Position numbers and translations under genes: made by a program. The notes under the pieces are model-generated. The model was not told where the DNA came from. It was given only the letters and a program-made list of their open reading frames with translations, and ran no database searches. 64,000 nt of DNA from an uncultured archaeon (GTDB lineage Archaea > Thermoplasmatota > Penumbrarchaeia > JASLWR01): NCBI GenBank assembly GCA_964430885.1, contig CAYSHM010000004.1:23770-87769 (forward strand), given 5' to 3'. Shown here piece by piece: positions 9,301 to 17,169 of the stretch (within the stretch, counting starts at the first letter, position 1; the number at the start of each line of letters is the position of its first letter).

Positions 9301-10331
9301 AGGTTATTGCTGTTGGTGTTTCCGCCGGTATGGAAGTAATGAGTAGTTGCTCCTGAATGGCAGGATAGCTGAATGAACTCATAGGAAGCATTGGGAACCC
9401 GGTTGGACATATAATCGTTCTTATTAACTGGATTGTCGGTATCACTCCACCACATGGCATCGTAATCGTCGTAAGCGTTACCTATACCGTGCCTGAAATC
9501 ATTTCCTCCCGCCCAGTCGTGATCAGTGTAGGTGAGCCCGTACCTGGTCCTGTTCATCTGTCCTGTCCAGTACCTGTGGACCTTCCCGAAGTAGCTCTTG
9601 AGAACCTCGATCTCTACCCCTGGCACTCTCGAAGCGTCGATTCGGCCGGTGAATATTTCCGGTGCAGTATCGCCCACCCCGTCAGTGTGCGACTCGTACT
9701 TGTTATCGCTATTTGCATCTGTCCAGTTCCCGTCCATGTCCATGTAGTATAGGTCGCATGGGAAAGAGGACGGGTTTCCGTCGAAATCGTTCACATGATA
9801 GAACCAGGGAACGGGAAGATCGCCTACAAGTACAGCTCCGACAACGTGATAATTTGGGTCGTTATAATAGCTTAGTATAGTGTTCTTAATATCTACGTGG
9901 TTTCCTCCGGAGACCGTAAGCTTGACAGGAGTATAGCCGGCATTCTGAAGATCGGCAATATAGGTATCCAGCTCAGAGGTCAGGAGGACTCCCAGAGACT
10001 GCTGAACGAAAACCAGCATGGTTGAGGGATGAAATTCCGGATCTCTGGACCTGGTCAATTCCGGATCCGGTGAGATATGGAAGGGGAGGTTAGGTCTGAT
10101 TGATATATAGTCCTCATATGTATCCACTGGACCTATGGTTCTCATGCTCTGGTTAAGAAGAAGTGAATATTGATCAGAATCCACGGCCCAAGAAGGTCTA
10201 TTGCTGATATCAGAATTATTTCCTTTGTCATCATACTTTATGCTGAAATAGGCCGAAGCCGAGGTGGAAGTAAGAATTATAATTAGAATAGCTAAGCATA
10301 TAAGCGGTATGGATGAGCCACTCTTTGCCAT
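6306..10331 (-). CDS. Giant surface protein: signal peptide, C25/gingipain-like (clan CD) domain, right-handed beta-helix, 4 cadherin-like domains, PKD, TM, 125-aa charged cytoplasmic tail
   Basis: Signal peptide ICLAILIIILTSTSASA. VLVGDLPVPWFY, FPCDLYYMDMDGNW, LSCHSGATTH and LFCCSGARF resemble the peptidase C25 His/Cys dyad region. PbH1-like repeats follow (GINITGN, GIAVYGDGVRVQNCVIRQC, TVYDNHFES). Cadherin linker motifs are present: LNDNDAPEI, MNENDDPVI, NNTNDIPHD. A PKD-like segment reads HGDILSFNWYVD...LTLNVTDLFGG. The TM helix is LWLALGLALIIFIIVVALLVA, followed by a Lys-rich then acidic tail. Confidence 0.8.
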   Translation of the reverse strand: MAKSGSSIPLICLAILIIILTSTSASAYFSIKYDDKGNNSDISNRPSWAVDSDQYSLLLNQSMRTIGPVDTYEDYISIRPNLPFHISPDPELTRSRDPEFHPSTMLVFVQQSLGVLLTSELDTYIADLQNAGYTPVKLTVSGGNHVDIKNTILSYYNDPNYHVVGAVLVGDLPVPWFYHVNDFDGNPSSFPCDLYYMDMDGNWTDANSDNKYESHTDGVGDTAPEIFTGRIDASRVPGVEIEVLKSYFGKVHRYWTGQMNRTRYGLTYTDHDWAGGNDFRHGIGNAYDDYDAMWWSDTDNPVNKNDYMSNRVPNASYEFIQLSCHSGATTHYFHTGGNTNSNNLRAAPPEALFYNLFCCSGARFTSNNCLGHAYVMNTGTDSLISLGSTKTGSMLGFSWFYDSLGRGNSFGEALREWFEVQYPYSDDPGGYNDISWYYGMVILGDPSLILFEPDMVYVDDDYGTDTPGFGWTSFADPARAVHRVKKGGTVFLSPGNYTETIYLNKSVILTAVHNDPTILTTFKNEMPAIIVNADNCYISGINITGNKVNRAPGIAVYGDGVRVQNCVIRQCAGSVLLSEVRDATVYDNHFESGIRIHGEHDQNWNSHTIDSSNTVQGGKLKYAVNYTEIMLREDYGQLVLVNCTNSTISDFTGGGLWSPVVLYNSNGCSISNSTFSNNTIGTIISGNNNYLTDNEYRNNRKCGLKVLDGTGNLIVHNNFLNNSQTRSGEQARDDGYGNRFDNGDSGNYWSDNNIIDEDQNGICDSPYAIGGSAGCMDNNPLVGPWGIPLLAREGGLEAEEDEYYQLNLSARNTNEPVVWAMETNATFLTLHTNGTLVGEPLNQHVGNWTVNISIENSQGSDFLDLQIIVLNDNDAPEIIEYVPYILREDLDFYHVYEAEDMDPTNDTLTWKLHTKAEFIEMNATTGNLTCSPENKDVGIWWVNITVNDGNNGTDWQNFSLEVMNENDDPVIETVPDTFCQEEELYNAVFKGFDVDPVNDTLVWTCYTNAPFLKFDRDTGLLSGTPNNYHVGNWTVNVTLEDGKGGKDWVYFIIKVNNTNDIPHDVEIVAKTEHTEGTPFTAAGKGDDPDLIHGDILSFNWYVDREYIESDTNILLNLTVGQHSLTLNVTDLFGGWNSTTIMVNILPKVIGDDDNDDDGNGEGPGNPNGTGGDDDKNKGGSEDGILPQLNMKGSNTLWLALGLALIIFIIVVALLVARKRRKEDEADGEKKKADNYKSKTPKKDRSGKAEKTAGSKKGSSRKKGAAGKRKKKDKDLERDEEAEEVNESDDVPFFSVESDRKDENRNEESWDDVDIWDSDLSDEGADDIEEEDWSKYEEWVLE

Positions 10332-10424
10332 GATTACAATAACGCGAAGTTGATATTTAACCGTTCTTACCTGTTCTGTTCACTGGTAAAAATATGTTAA
10401 TAACGGAGTTATATGACCTAACAT

Positions 10425-11171
10425 TCACCGATCAATATCGGTGATGACGATGACTTTTCCCGCTCCGAGGGCAATTTTTGCAGGGCATCTTTTGCAGTCA
10501 ATATTCTCATCCATGAACATATCCAATGCCTTTCTTTTACCTTCACCGAAAAAGAGAAGCAGGCAAAGGTCGACATCTATTATAACCCTAGGTCCAATGG
10601 TCATCCGGAGTGAGGGCGGTTTTGGAGAATCCTCAATGATAAAAAACGGCTGCTCTTCATCTTCAAGCGCAGGATGTCCCGGAAACAGTGAAGCGATATG
10701 CCCGTCCTCTCCAACTCCCAGGACCAGAATTGTGCTAATTCCTGCATTATCTTTGGACTTCACCTCATTGTAGATGCATTCATATCTATCTAGAAGCATC
10801 TGATAGATAGCAGGCAATTTGAGGGCACCTTCGTCCCTATATCCTGATGTAATAAAGGGATGGATCATTTTTTGAGTTAATATTTCCTTCTTCAGCAGAT
10901 CATCAAAAAATTGTTCCTTTGCCAGTCTGAAGTTACTCATTTCGTGTTCCCAGGGTACCAGCCTCTCATCGGCCCAGAAAAAATGGATGCAGCTCCATGG
11001 TATGGAGGTATTGCCAACCTTATTGAAATTATCGAACAAAGGAATTATACTTCTGCCGCCAGGAATAAAAAGCATTACAGTATCAAGATTCCCTACGGAT
11101 CCGTTGAACTCAGATACAATATCCGCCGCTATTTCACCAGCTTTTTCCATTTTGCATCTGATCATATCCAA
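10425..11171 (-). CDS. pgl: 6-phosphogluconolactonase (NagB/Pgl sugar-phosphate isomerase family)
   Basis: The LGVGEDGHIASLFPGHP signature is of the ASLFP type seen in 6PGL rather than NagB, and FFWADERLVP is also present. Confidence 0.75.
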   Translation of the reverse strand: MDMIRCKMEKAGEIAADIVSEFNGSVGNLDTVMLFIPGGRSIIPLFDNFNKVGNTSIPWSCIHFFWADERLVPWEHEMSNFRLAKEQFFDDLLKKEILTQKMIHPFITSGYRDEGALKLPAIYQMLLDRYECIYNEVKSKDNAGISTILVLGVGEDGHIASLFPGHPALEDEEQPFFIIEDSPKPPSLRMTIGPRVIIDVDLCLLLFFGEGKRKALDMFMDENIDCKRCPAKIALGAGKVIVITDIDR

Positions 11172-11218
11172 AATATCACCTTAGATCATATAATTTAAAA
11201 ATTTGATAAAAAACGGAT

Positions 11219-12355
11219 TCAGCTAACAGGTAGGCCGATAGTGAATTCAGTTCCTTCTCCGGGTTCGCTGACGACCTTCACACTGCCGCCCCCTCTTTCT
11301 ACAACAGAGCTAACCAAGTAGAGTCCTAGTCCAGTCCCCTCCCCTGCATCCTTTGTGGTATAGAATGGATCGAATATCTCGGACAATTCTTCCTGGGTTA
11401 TTCCCCTGCCTTCATCTGAAACAGATATTTTGATAAATCCATCATCAACCCATGTTTTTATCTCTATCAAACCGCCTTCGGGGGAGGCTTCCACAGCATT
11501 GATTATTAGGTTGACCAGACTCTGTTTCAGATCACCTGAGCCGATAGTTACACCCGGTAGTTCATTCAATTCCGTTTCAATTTTATATTTGTTTATATCG
11601 AATGAGTAACTTGCGATGTTCAAGCTTTCTTCAACGATCTGGTTGACTTTATCTCCTACCGGTAGATCATTCCTCAAGTCATTGGAATACTTGCTCAATC
11701 CCCGGACAATATTCTTTATCCTCTCTCCCGCCTTAATCACTTCGCCGATATCTTCGTGAATTTCCTCAATCTTATCTGAGTCCAGTATGATCTCCGATAG
11801 TCCGGTGATTATCTGAAGGGGATTGGAAATCTCATGGGCTACACCGGTGGCAAGGTTTCCAAGTCCGGCAGCCCTGCTGGTCCTTACAAGTTTGGCCTGA
11901 GCTTCTTTCAGCTTGGTAATATCCCTGAAAACACCGGTTGTCCCACTGAATTCTCCATCCTTGAACTGGGCATTAAGATTTCCTTCTACATAGATCTCCT
12001 TTCCATCCTTCGTCACGAAAATTGTCTCTACGTTATCAAGAGCCATCCCTTTCATGAGAAGCCCGAACATCTCCTGGCATTTTTCTAGATGATGGGAATG
12101 GATGATCTTCCAGACCTTCATTCCCAAAGCTTCTTCCCTGCTGTATCCGAGCTTTTCCAGCCATTTCTTATTCACGAAAAGTATATTCCCTTCTATGTCA
12201 ACGCTCTGGATGAGATCGTTTGCGCTCTCGATGATATTTTTATATAAATATAGTTCAGAACCGTGACGTGCATTCAAAACCATCACCTGAAAAAAATTTG
12301 CCGATAGTGGGAAAAATTGAATATCAAATGGAATATGAGTAGTTGATAATTCCAA
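11219..12355 (-). CDS. Soluble PAS-domain sensor histidine kinase
   Basis: PAS region (LIQSVDIEGNILFVNKKWLEKLGYSREEALG), H-box GVAHEISNPL, N-box LVNLIINAVEA, and G-boxes DEGRGI and GTGLGLYLV. No TM segment and no adjacent response regulator. Confidence 0.85.
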   Translation of the reverse strand: MELSTTHIPFDIQFFPLSANFFQVMVLNARHGSELYLYKNIIESANDLIQSVDIEGNILFVNKKWLEKLGYSREEALGMKVWKIIHSHHLEKCQEMFGLLMKGMALDNVETIFVTKDGKEIYVEGNLNAQFKDGEFSGTTGVFRDITKLKEAQAKLVRTSRAAGLGNLATGVAHEISNPLQIITGLSEIILDSDKIEEIHEDIGEVIKAGERIKNIVRGLSKYSNDLRNDLPVGDKVNQIVEESLNIASYSFDINKYKIETELNELPGVTIGSGDLKQSLVNLIINAVEASPEGGLIEIKTWVDDGFIKISVSDEGRGITQEELSEIFDPFYTTKDAGEGTGLGLYLVSSVVERGGGSVKVVSEPGEGTEFTIGLPVS

Positions 12356-12375
12356 TTATTTTATAGATTTGCCTG

Positions 12376-14718
12376 TTAATTTTTATTCTTCTCAATAGCC
12401 TTGAGTATCTTCTCAGCTGTGAAAGGACCTTTCGTCAGCCTTACCCCCACGGCGTCGTAGATGGCGTTGGATATGGCCGGCAGAGCTCCGTTTATACAGA
12501 GCTCGGCCACAGATTTTGCACCGTAGGGTCCAGTGGGTTCGTGTGTCTCTACAAGGAAGGAGTTAACTTCTGGAAGGTCAGATGTACGGTATATCTTATA
12601 GTTCTTGAAGTTAGGATTGAGCATTTTACCTTTCTCATCAAAGATGTATTCCTCCACAAGTGCATATGAAAGTCCATTCAGCAGGGCGCCTTCAGTCTGC
12701 CCTTCTGCCAGTGTGGGATTGATTGCCCGTCCGCAGTCGGTTCCGGCAACATACTTCCTGCATTTGATCTCGCCGGTTTCGGTATCTATATCTACCATTA
12801 CAAAGTGTGCTGAGAAGGGAGGGGGTGATTTTTCAGTTATATGTGATGCATGTCCCATTATCTGGAACTGGTCGTGCTGATAGAGTGAGCGTAAAGCAAC
12901 ATCCCTGAAGGTTACCCTTTTGTCGCCGCTACATGAAACCACTTCTTTTTTGCCAAGCTTCAGTTCAGAAACGGGGATATCCAGCATATCTGAGGCCACT
13001 TTCATGATCTGCCCCCTTACTTCCTTTGCAGCCTTTTTAACTGCCATTCCAGTCAAATATGTAGTGGATGATGCATAAGCACCAACATCGAAGGGCGTGA
13101 GGTCGGTATCAGACGAATAGACGATCATATCCTCTAGATAGCAGTGGAGCTGTTCTGCTGCTATCTGCCCCATTATTGTGTCCGACCCCGTACCAATATC
13201 CGTAGCACCAAGAAGCAGGTTGAATGAACCGTCATCGTTCATCTTCATGCTGGCGGCTCCCATGTCCACCTTTGGAATTGAAGAACCTTGCATAAGACAC
13301 GCTTCTCCGAAACCTCTTTTTATTGGGCCCTTAACCTGTTTTTTCAATTCTTCCCGTTTGTCCCATCCGATGAGTTCCCGGCCCCTGTCGATACACTCAT
13401 CTAATCCGCAGCTCTCGATGGATTGGGGAACGCCCTCTCCACCTTCTCCAAGTGCCTTGAATATTGGTGAGGTCTCCCCAACCTTAATATGGTTCATTTT
13501 ACGCATTTCCAAGGGATCCATACCAATCTCATTCGCCATCCTTGTGACGTTGCATTCCATGGCAAAGGCGGCCTGGGTCGCCCCGTAGCCCCGGTAGGCT
13601 CCGGGAACGGGCAGGTTGGTATAGACCACATCAGCCTTGAATCTCACATTATCGCATCTGTATAGAGGCAGCACCTTGGACCCGCAGTTGCATACCACAG
13701 TAAGTCCATGGGAGCCGTATGCTCCGGTGTTGCTAAGGCAGAACATATCTATAGCAGTGATTGTCCCGTCCTTTTTGCATCCTGTTCTTAGAATGGTTTT
13801 TATAGGGTGTCTTGTCCTAGCTGATACGAACTCTTCTTTCCTGGTGAATTCTAGAAGTGCAGGTCGCCCGGTTTTCTCGGTGACCATTGCAACTACAGGT
13901 TCCAGAAGTACTTCCTGTTTTGTACCGAATCCTCCACCGATACGAGGTTTTATTACCCTAATCCTTTTTACAGGTACATCCAGTACCTGAGCGGTTATCC
14001 TTCTGGCATGAAAGGGGACCTGGGTTGATGAAACAATAGTGATCCTTCCATCGCCTTCTGGCATTGCCAGGGCGATATGAGGTTCTATTGGACAGTGCTG
14101 GCCGTAATGTGCGTAATACGCGTCCTCGACGATGACATCAGCCTCTTCAAATCCCTTATCGAGATCACCGATCTCCATATCAACGCTGGCGGCGAGGTTT
14201 CTCTTTGGTTCGTAAGGTACTGGAATTATTACCTTTGCATCCTCCTCGTCATGAATTACGGGGGCGCCTTCTTCAAGTGCCTCCCCCATATCAAGAACCG
14301 CAGGCAGTAAGTCATACTCCACCTCTACTGCATCTGCAGCTTTTTTTGCAGTTTCTAGGTCTTCAGCAGCGACTATGGCCACTCTGTCGCCTACATACCT
14401 CACCTTGCAGTCCAGGAGATATGAATCATAGGGTGAGGGCTCCGGGTAACCTTGACCAGCTGTTGTGTGAGGAATGCGGGGAACGTTCTCGTGGGTTAAT
14501 ATTATTGCGACACCAGGGATATCCATGGCTTTTGAGGTATCTATCTTCTTAATCCTGGCATGTGCATGGGGTGAACGGAGCACCTTCACATGAAGGGGTT
14601 CTTTGACATCCCAATCAGCTACGAACTTTGACATTCCGGTAGCCAATGACATACCGTCAACTTTGGTTTCCCTCTTCCCTACAACCTCCAGTCCCCCATG
14701 TTTTTCCCCGCAGCTCAT
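12376..14718 (-). CDS. Molybdopterin-binding large subunit of a xanthine dehydrogenase/aldehyde oxidoreductase/CoxL-family hydroxylase
   Basis: 780 aa, with VGKRETKVDG..KFVADW at the N-terminus and the motifs GGGFG(T)K, PGAYRGYG and AKSVAE. It overlaps the upstream Fe-S subunit gene by 4 nt. Confidence 0.85.
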   Translation of the reverse strand: MSCGEKHGGLEVVGKRETKVDGMSLATGMSKFVADWDVKEPLHVKVLRSPHAHARIKKIDTSKAMDIPGVAIILTHENVPRIPHTTAGQGYPEPSPYDSYLLDCKVRYVGDRVAIVAAEDLETAKKAADAVEVEYDLLPAVLDMGEALEEGAPVIHDEEDAKVIIPVPYEPKRNLAASVDMEIGDLDKGFEEADVIVEDAYYAHYGQHCPIEPHIALAMPEGDGRITIVSSTQVPFHARRITAQVLDVPVKRIRVIKPRIGGGFGTKQEVLLEPVVAMVTEKTGRPALLEFTRKEEFVSARTRHPIKTILRTGCKKDGTITAIDMFCLSNTGAYGSHGLTVVCNCGSKVLPLYRCDNVRFKADVVYTNLPVPGAYRGYGATQAAFAMECNVTRMANEIGMDPLEMRKMNHIKVGETSPIFKALGEGGEGVPQSIESCGLDECIDRGRELIGWDKREELKKQVKGPIKRGFGEACLMQGSSIPKVDMGAASMKMNDDGSFNLLLGATDIGTGSDTIMGQIAAEQLHCYLEDMIVYSSDTDLTPFDVGAYASSTTYLTGMAVKKAAKEVRGQIMKVASDMLDIPVSELKLGKKEVVSCSGDKRVTFRDVALRSLYQHDQFQIMGHASHITEKSPPPFSAHFVMVDIDTETGEIKCRKYVAGTDCGRAINPTLAEGQTEGALLNGLSYALVEEYIFDEKGKMLNPNFKNYKIYRTSDLPEVNSFLVETHEPTGPYGAKSVAELCINGALPAISNAIYDAVGVRLTKGPFTAEKILKAIEKNKN

Positions 14719-15185
14719 GCATCTTCCTCCCTGATCTTTTCCGCAGCTTGTTTCACAGCATCAATTATCTTGATATAACCTGTACATCTGCATAGGTTTC
14801 CATCCAGAGCAGTTTTGATATCATCTTCTGTTGGATTAGGATTTTTGTCCAGCAGAGCCTTGGTTGCAAGTATCATTCCGGGGGTGCAGAATCCGCACTG
14901 TATGGCTCCGGCATCCACAAAACATTTCTGAATAATACTGGGTTTCTTGGGGGTTCCCATACCTTCAATGGTGAGTATTGTCTTTCCGTCTATCGACGGC
15001 GCAGGAACGATACATGAATTTATAAGCTTGCCATCAATTAGAACTGCACACGCTCCGCAGTCTCCTTTCTGACAGCCTTTCTTTACTCCTTTGAATCCTG
15101 ATCTTCTAAGCAGATCGGTCAGCATTTCCCCGCCGTGTGTATCCAAGACCATATTTTTCCCGTTGATATTTACACTGATGTTCAT
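14715..15185 (-). CDS. [2Fe-2S]-binding small subunit of the Mo-hydroxylase (CoxS/XdhC-type)
   Basis: The two cluster motifs are CQKGDCGACAV and CGFCTPGM...CRCTGY. 156 aa, with 4-nt overlaps on both sides. Confidence 0.9.
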   Translation of the reverse strand: MNISVNINGKNMVLDTHGGEMLTDLLRRSGFKGVKKGCQKGDCGACAVLIDGKLINSCIVPAPSIDGKTILTIEGMGTPKKPSIIQKCFVDAGAIQCGFCTPGMILATKALLDKNPNPTEDDIKTALDGNLCRCTGYIKIIDAVKQAAEKIREEDA

Positions 15186-16033
15186 GATTTCACCTCCTCT
15201 AGGAAGGATGATATGTCAATTTGAATGGACCTTCTGACCATAACCTTTAACACTTTTTCAAGGTAGTTTTTGCTGTATTTGAAGTCCCTTCCAGATATGG
15301 TAAAGTTCCATTTTTTAATGATCTCCGAAACGGAGGATTCCTCCGGTTCCTTTCCTTCTAGCTCCTCCTCCAGCAAACTCACTCGTTTGGGTAATGGATA
15401 AACGCCTGAAACGGCGATATGCAGGTTTATCATACTTCCGTATTCATCGAGCTTGTAACTGCAGGCCACATCCATGGCTGCAAAGTCGCCCTGGCTCTTA
15501 TTGAAAGTAAGGAAAGCAGCTTTTCTTCCTTCCACCTTTTTGATCTTAATTCCGGTGAGTATTTCTCCTTTTTCAATAAGTGATATAGGTTGCTTGTCAT
15601 AATATTCTTCAGTAGAATATGAATATGTTTCTCCGTCCAGATAGGTTTTCATTTCAGCATCGAGACAGAGCATGACAACTGGGAGGTCCGACCACGGATA
15701 GATCATTGTGACATTGCCACCTAGGCTGACCTGATTTCTTATAGGGGTTGTACCTATGTTCTCGGCAGCTATTCCCAGAATATCAAGAGACGATTCTTTA
15801 TTCTTGTAACCCACAAGTTGGGATATTTTCATGGAAGGCCCCAGAAGTATATGTCCCCCTTCCTCTTTGATATTTTTATCAAGTAAACGGCTCACATCAA
15901 CCATTCCATCGTATCTGTCAAGGTTTCTGAACTTGACTGAAGATGCACCATTTATGAGAAGATTTCTTTGATTTTTCAATAGCTTACAGGCCGAGTCCAT
16001 GTTCTCGGGATAATAATATTTTATATCGGTCAT
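15182..16033 (-). CDS. FAD-binding medium subunit of the Mo-hydroxylase (CoxM-type)
   Basis: Starts MTDIKYYYPENMDSACKLLKN, has GGNV within SLGGNVTMIYPWSDL, and is the right length and position for this subunit. The track ORF extends to 16084. ATG 16033 (AGAGG upstream) matches the usual family N-terminus better. Confidence 0.8.
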   Translation of the reverse strand: MTDIKYYYPENMDSACKLLKNQRNLLINGASSVKFRNLDRYDGMVDVSRLLDKNIKEEGGHILLGPSMKISQLVGYKNKESSLDILGIAAENIGTTPIRNQVSLGGNVTMIYPWSDLPVVMLCLDAEMKTYLDGETYSYSTEEYYDKQPISLIEKGEILTGIKIKKVEGRKAAFLTFNKSQGDFAAMDVACSYKLDEYGSMINLHIAVSGVYPLPKRVSLLEEELEGKEPEESSVSEIIKKWNFTISGRDFKYSKNYLEKVLKVMVRRSIQIDISSFLEEVKS

Positions 16034-16298
16034 GGTAATGCCTCTTTGGATGAAGAAATCAACATTCTTCATATCAATTTTCAAGTAAATTTTTCACTTA
16101 TTTATGTCTAATAATACTGCTGGATACAAGTAGAGCAATGATCAAAGCAATATTCAGCCTTAATAAATTATTATGTTTTATTAGTTGTTCCCCCTGTGTT
16201 TATTCCCAGGATAATGCTGTAAAGGGATATTTCAGAGCTAAATTATTATTATCATCAATTGAATAAGGAATTTGATTAAAAAACGGGGATAAATTGGT

Positions 16299-17078
16299 AT
16301 GAAATCGTGTGTTCTTGGAAGTGGAAGCAAGGGAAACAGTATTTTTGTAAAGACCAGGGAATTGAAACTGCTCGTTGATGCAGGTCTTTCCTGCAGACAG
16401 CTGGAACTCCGTTTGAAAAAGATCGGTCAGGATCCCTCTGATATCGATCTGATTCTGGTAACCCACGAGCACAGCGATCATGTGGGGGGAATATCCCGAT
16501 TTGTGAAGCTTCATGGGCCCAAGGTATATGCCAATAACGGAACCCTAACTGCCATGAAAACCGAACCGCATGTGAAGCATAATCACATTCCATTTGTAAC
16601 CGGGCAGACCTTCACAATAGAGGATACAGAGATCACGCCTCTGCCGGTGTCCCACAATGCAGCCGACCCCGTATGCTTTCATATTGAGTCCAATGGTAAG
16701 AAATTAGGAATTCTCACTGATCTGGGTTTCGTTTCAAATAACCTCATTAATACCTTCAATGACCTGGATGTTCTTTTTATTGAGAGCAATTACGACCCTG
16801 ACATTCTTCTTGGAAGCAGATATCCGGTTTTCCTGAAAAAACGTATTAGCGGATTGTCAGGGCATCTTTCAAATGCGTCCGCTGCAGAGGCGATCTTGAA
16901 AATAAATCCTTCTCCTAAAACCCATCTGGTGCTAACTCATTTAAGCCAGAACAATAATCATCCAGATATTGCATATTCCTGCGTCAGAGAGCTTATGGAG
17001 ACCAACGGGATATCGGGAAAGAACCTGTCCGTCAGTTCACAGGATGAACCCACTCGGCCTTTCAGTGTATGGGATTGA
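16299..17078 (+). CDS. MBL-fold metallo-hydrolase (YycJ/PhnP-like)
   Basis: LGSGSKGNS, LVDAGLS and the LVTHEHSDHVGG metal-binding motif. Transcribed divergently from the Mo-hydroxylase operon. Confidence 0.8.
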   Translation: MKSCVLGSGSKGNSIFVKTRELKLLVDAGLSCRQLELRLKKIGQDPSDIDLILVTHEHSDHVGGISRFVKLHGPKVYANNGTLTAMKTEPHVKHNHIPFVTGQTFTIEDTEITPLPVSHNAADPVCFHIESNGKKLGILTDLGFVSNNLINTFNDLDVLFIESNYDPDILLGSRYPVFLKKRISGLSGHLSNASAAEAILKINPSPKTHLVLTHLSQNNNHPDIAYSCVRELMETNGISGKNLSVSSQDEPTRPFSVWD

Positions 17079-17169
17079 TTTTGGTATCTGATAACTCATG
17101 ATTATATATAGGTCTCAATACCACCGCCATCATAAAATAATATCCCGCCGCTAACCGCAGGTTGATATC

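Noticed and set aside
16200-16593. Two minus-strand ORFs (104 and 105 aa) near the divergent promoter
   Set aside because: They overlap the MBL hydrolase gene, which has the HxHxDH motif, and show no motifs of their own.
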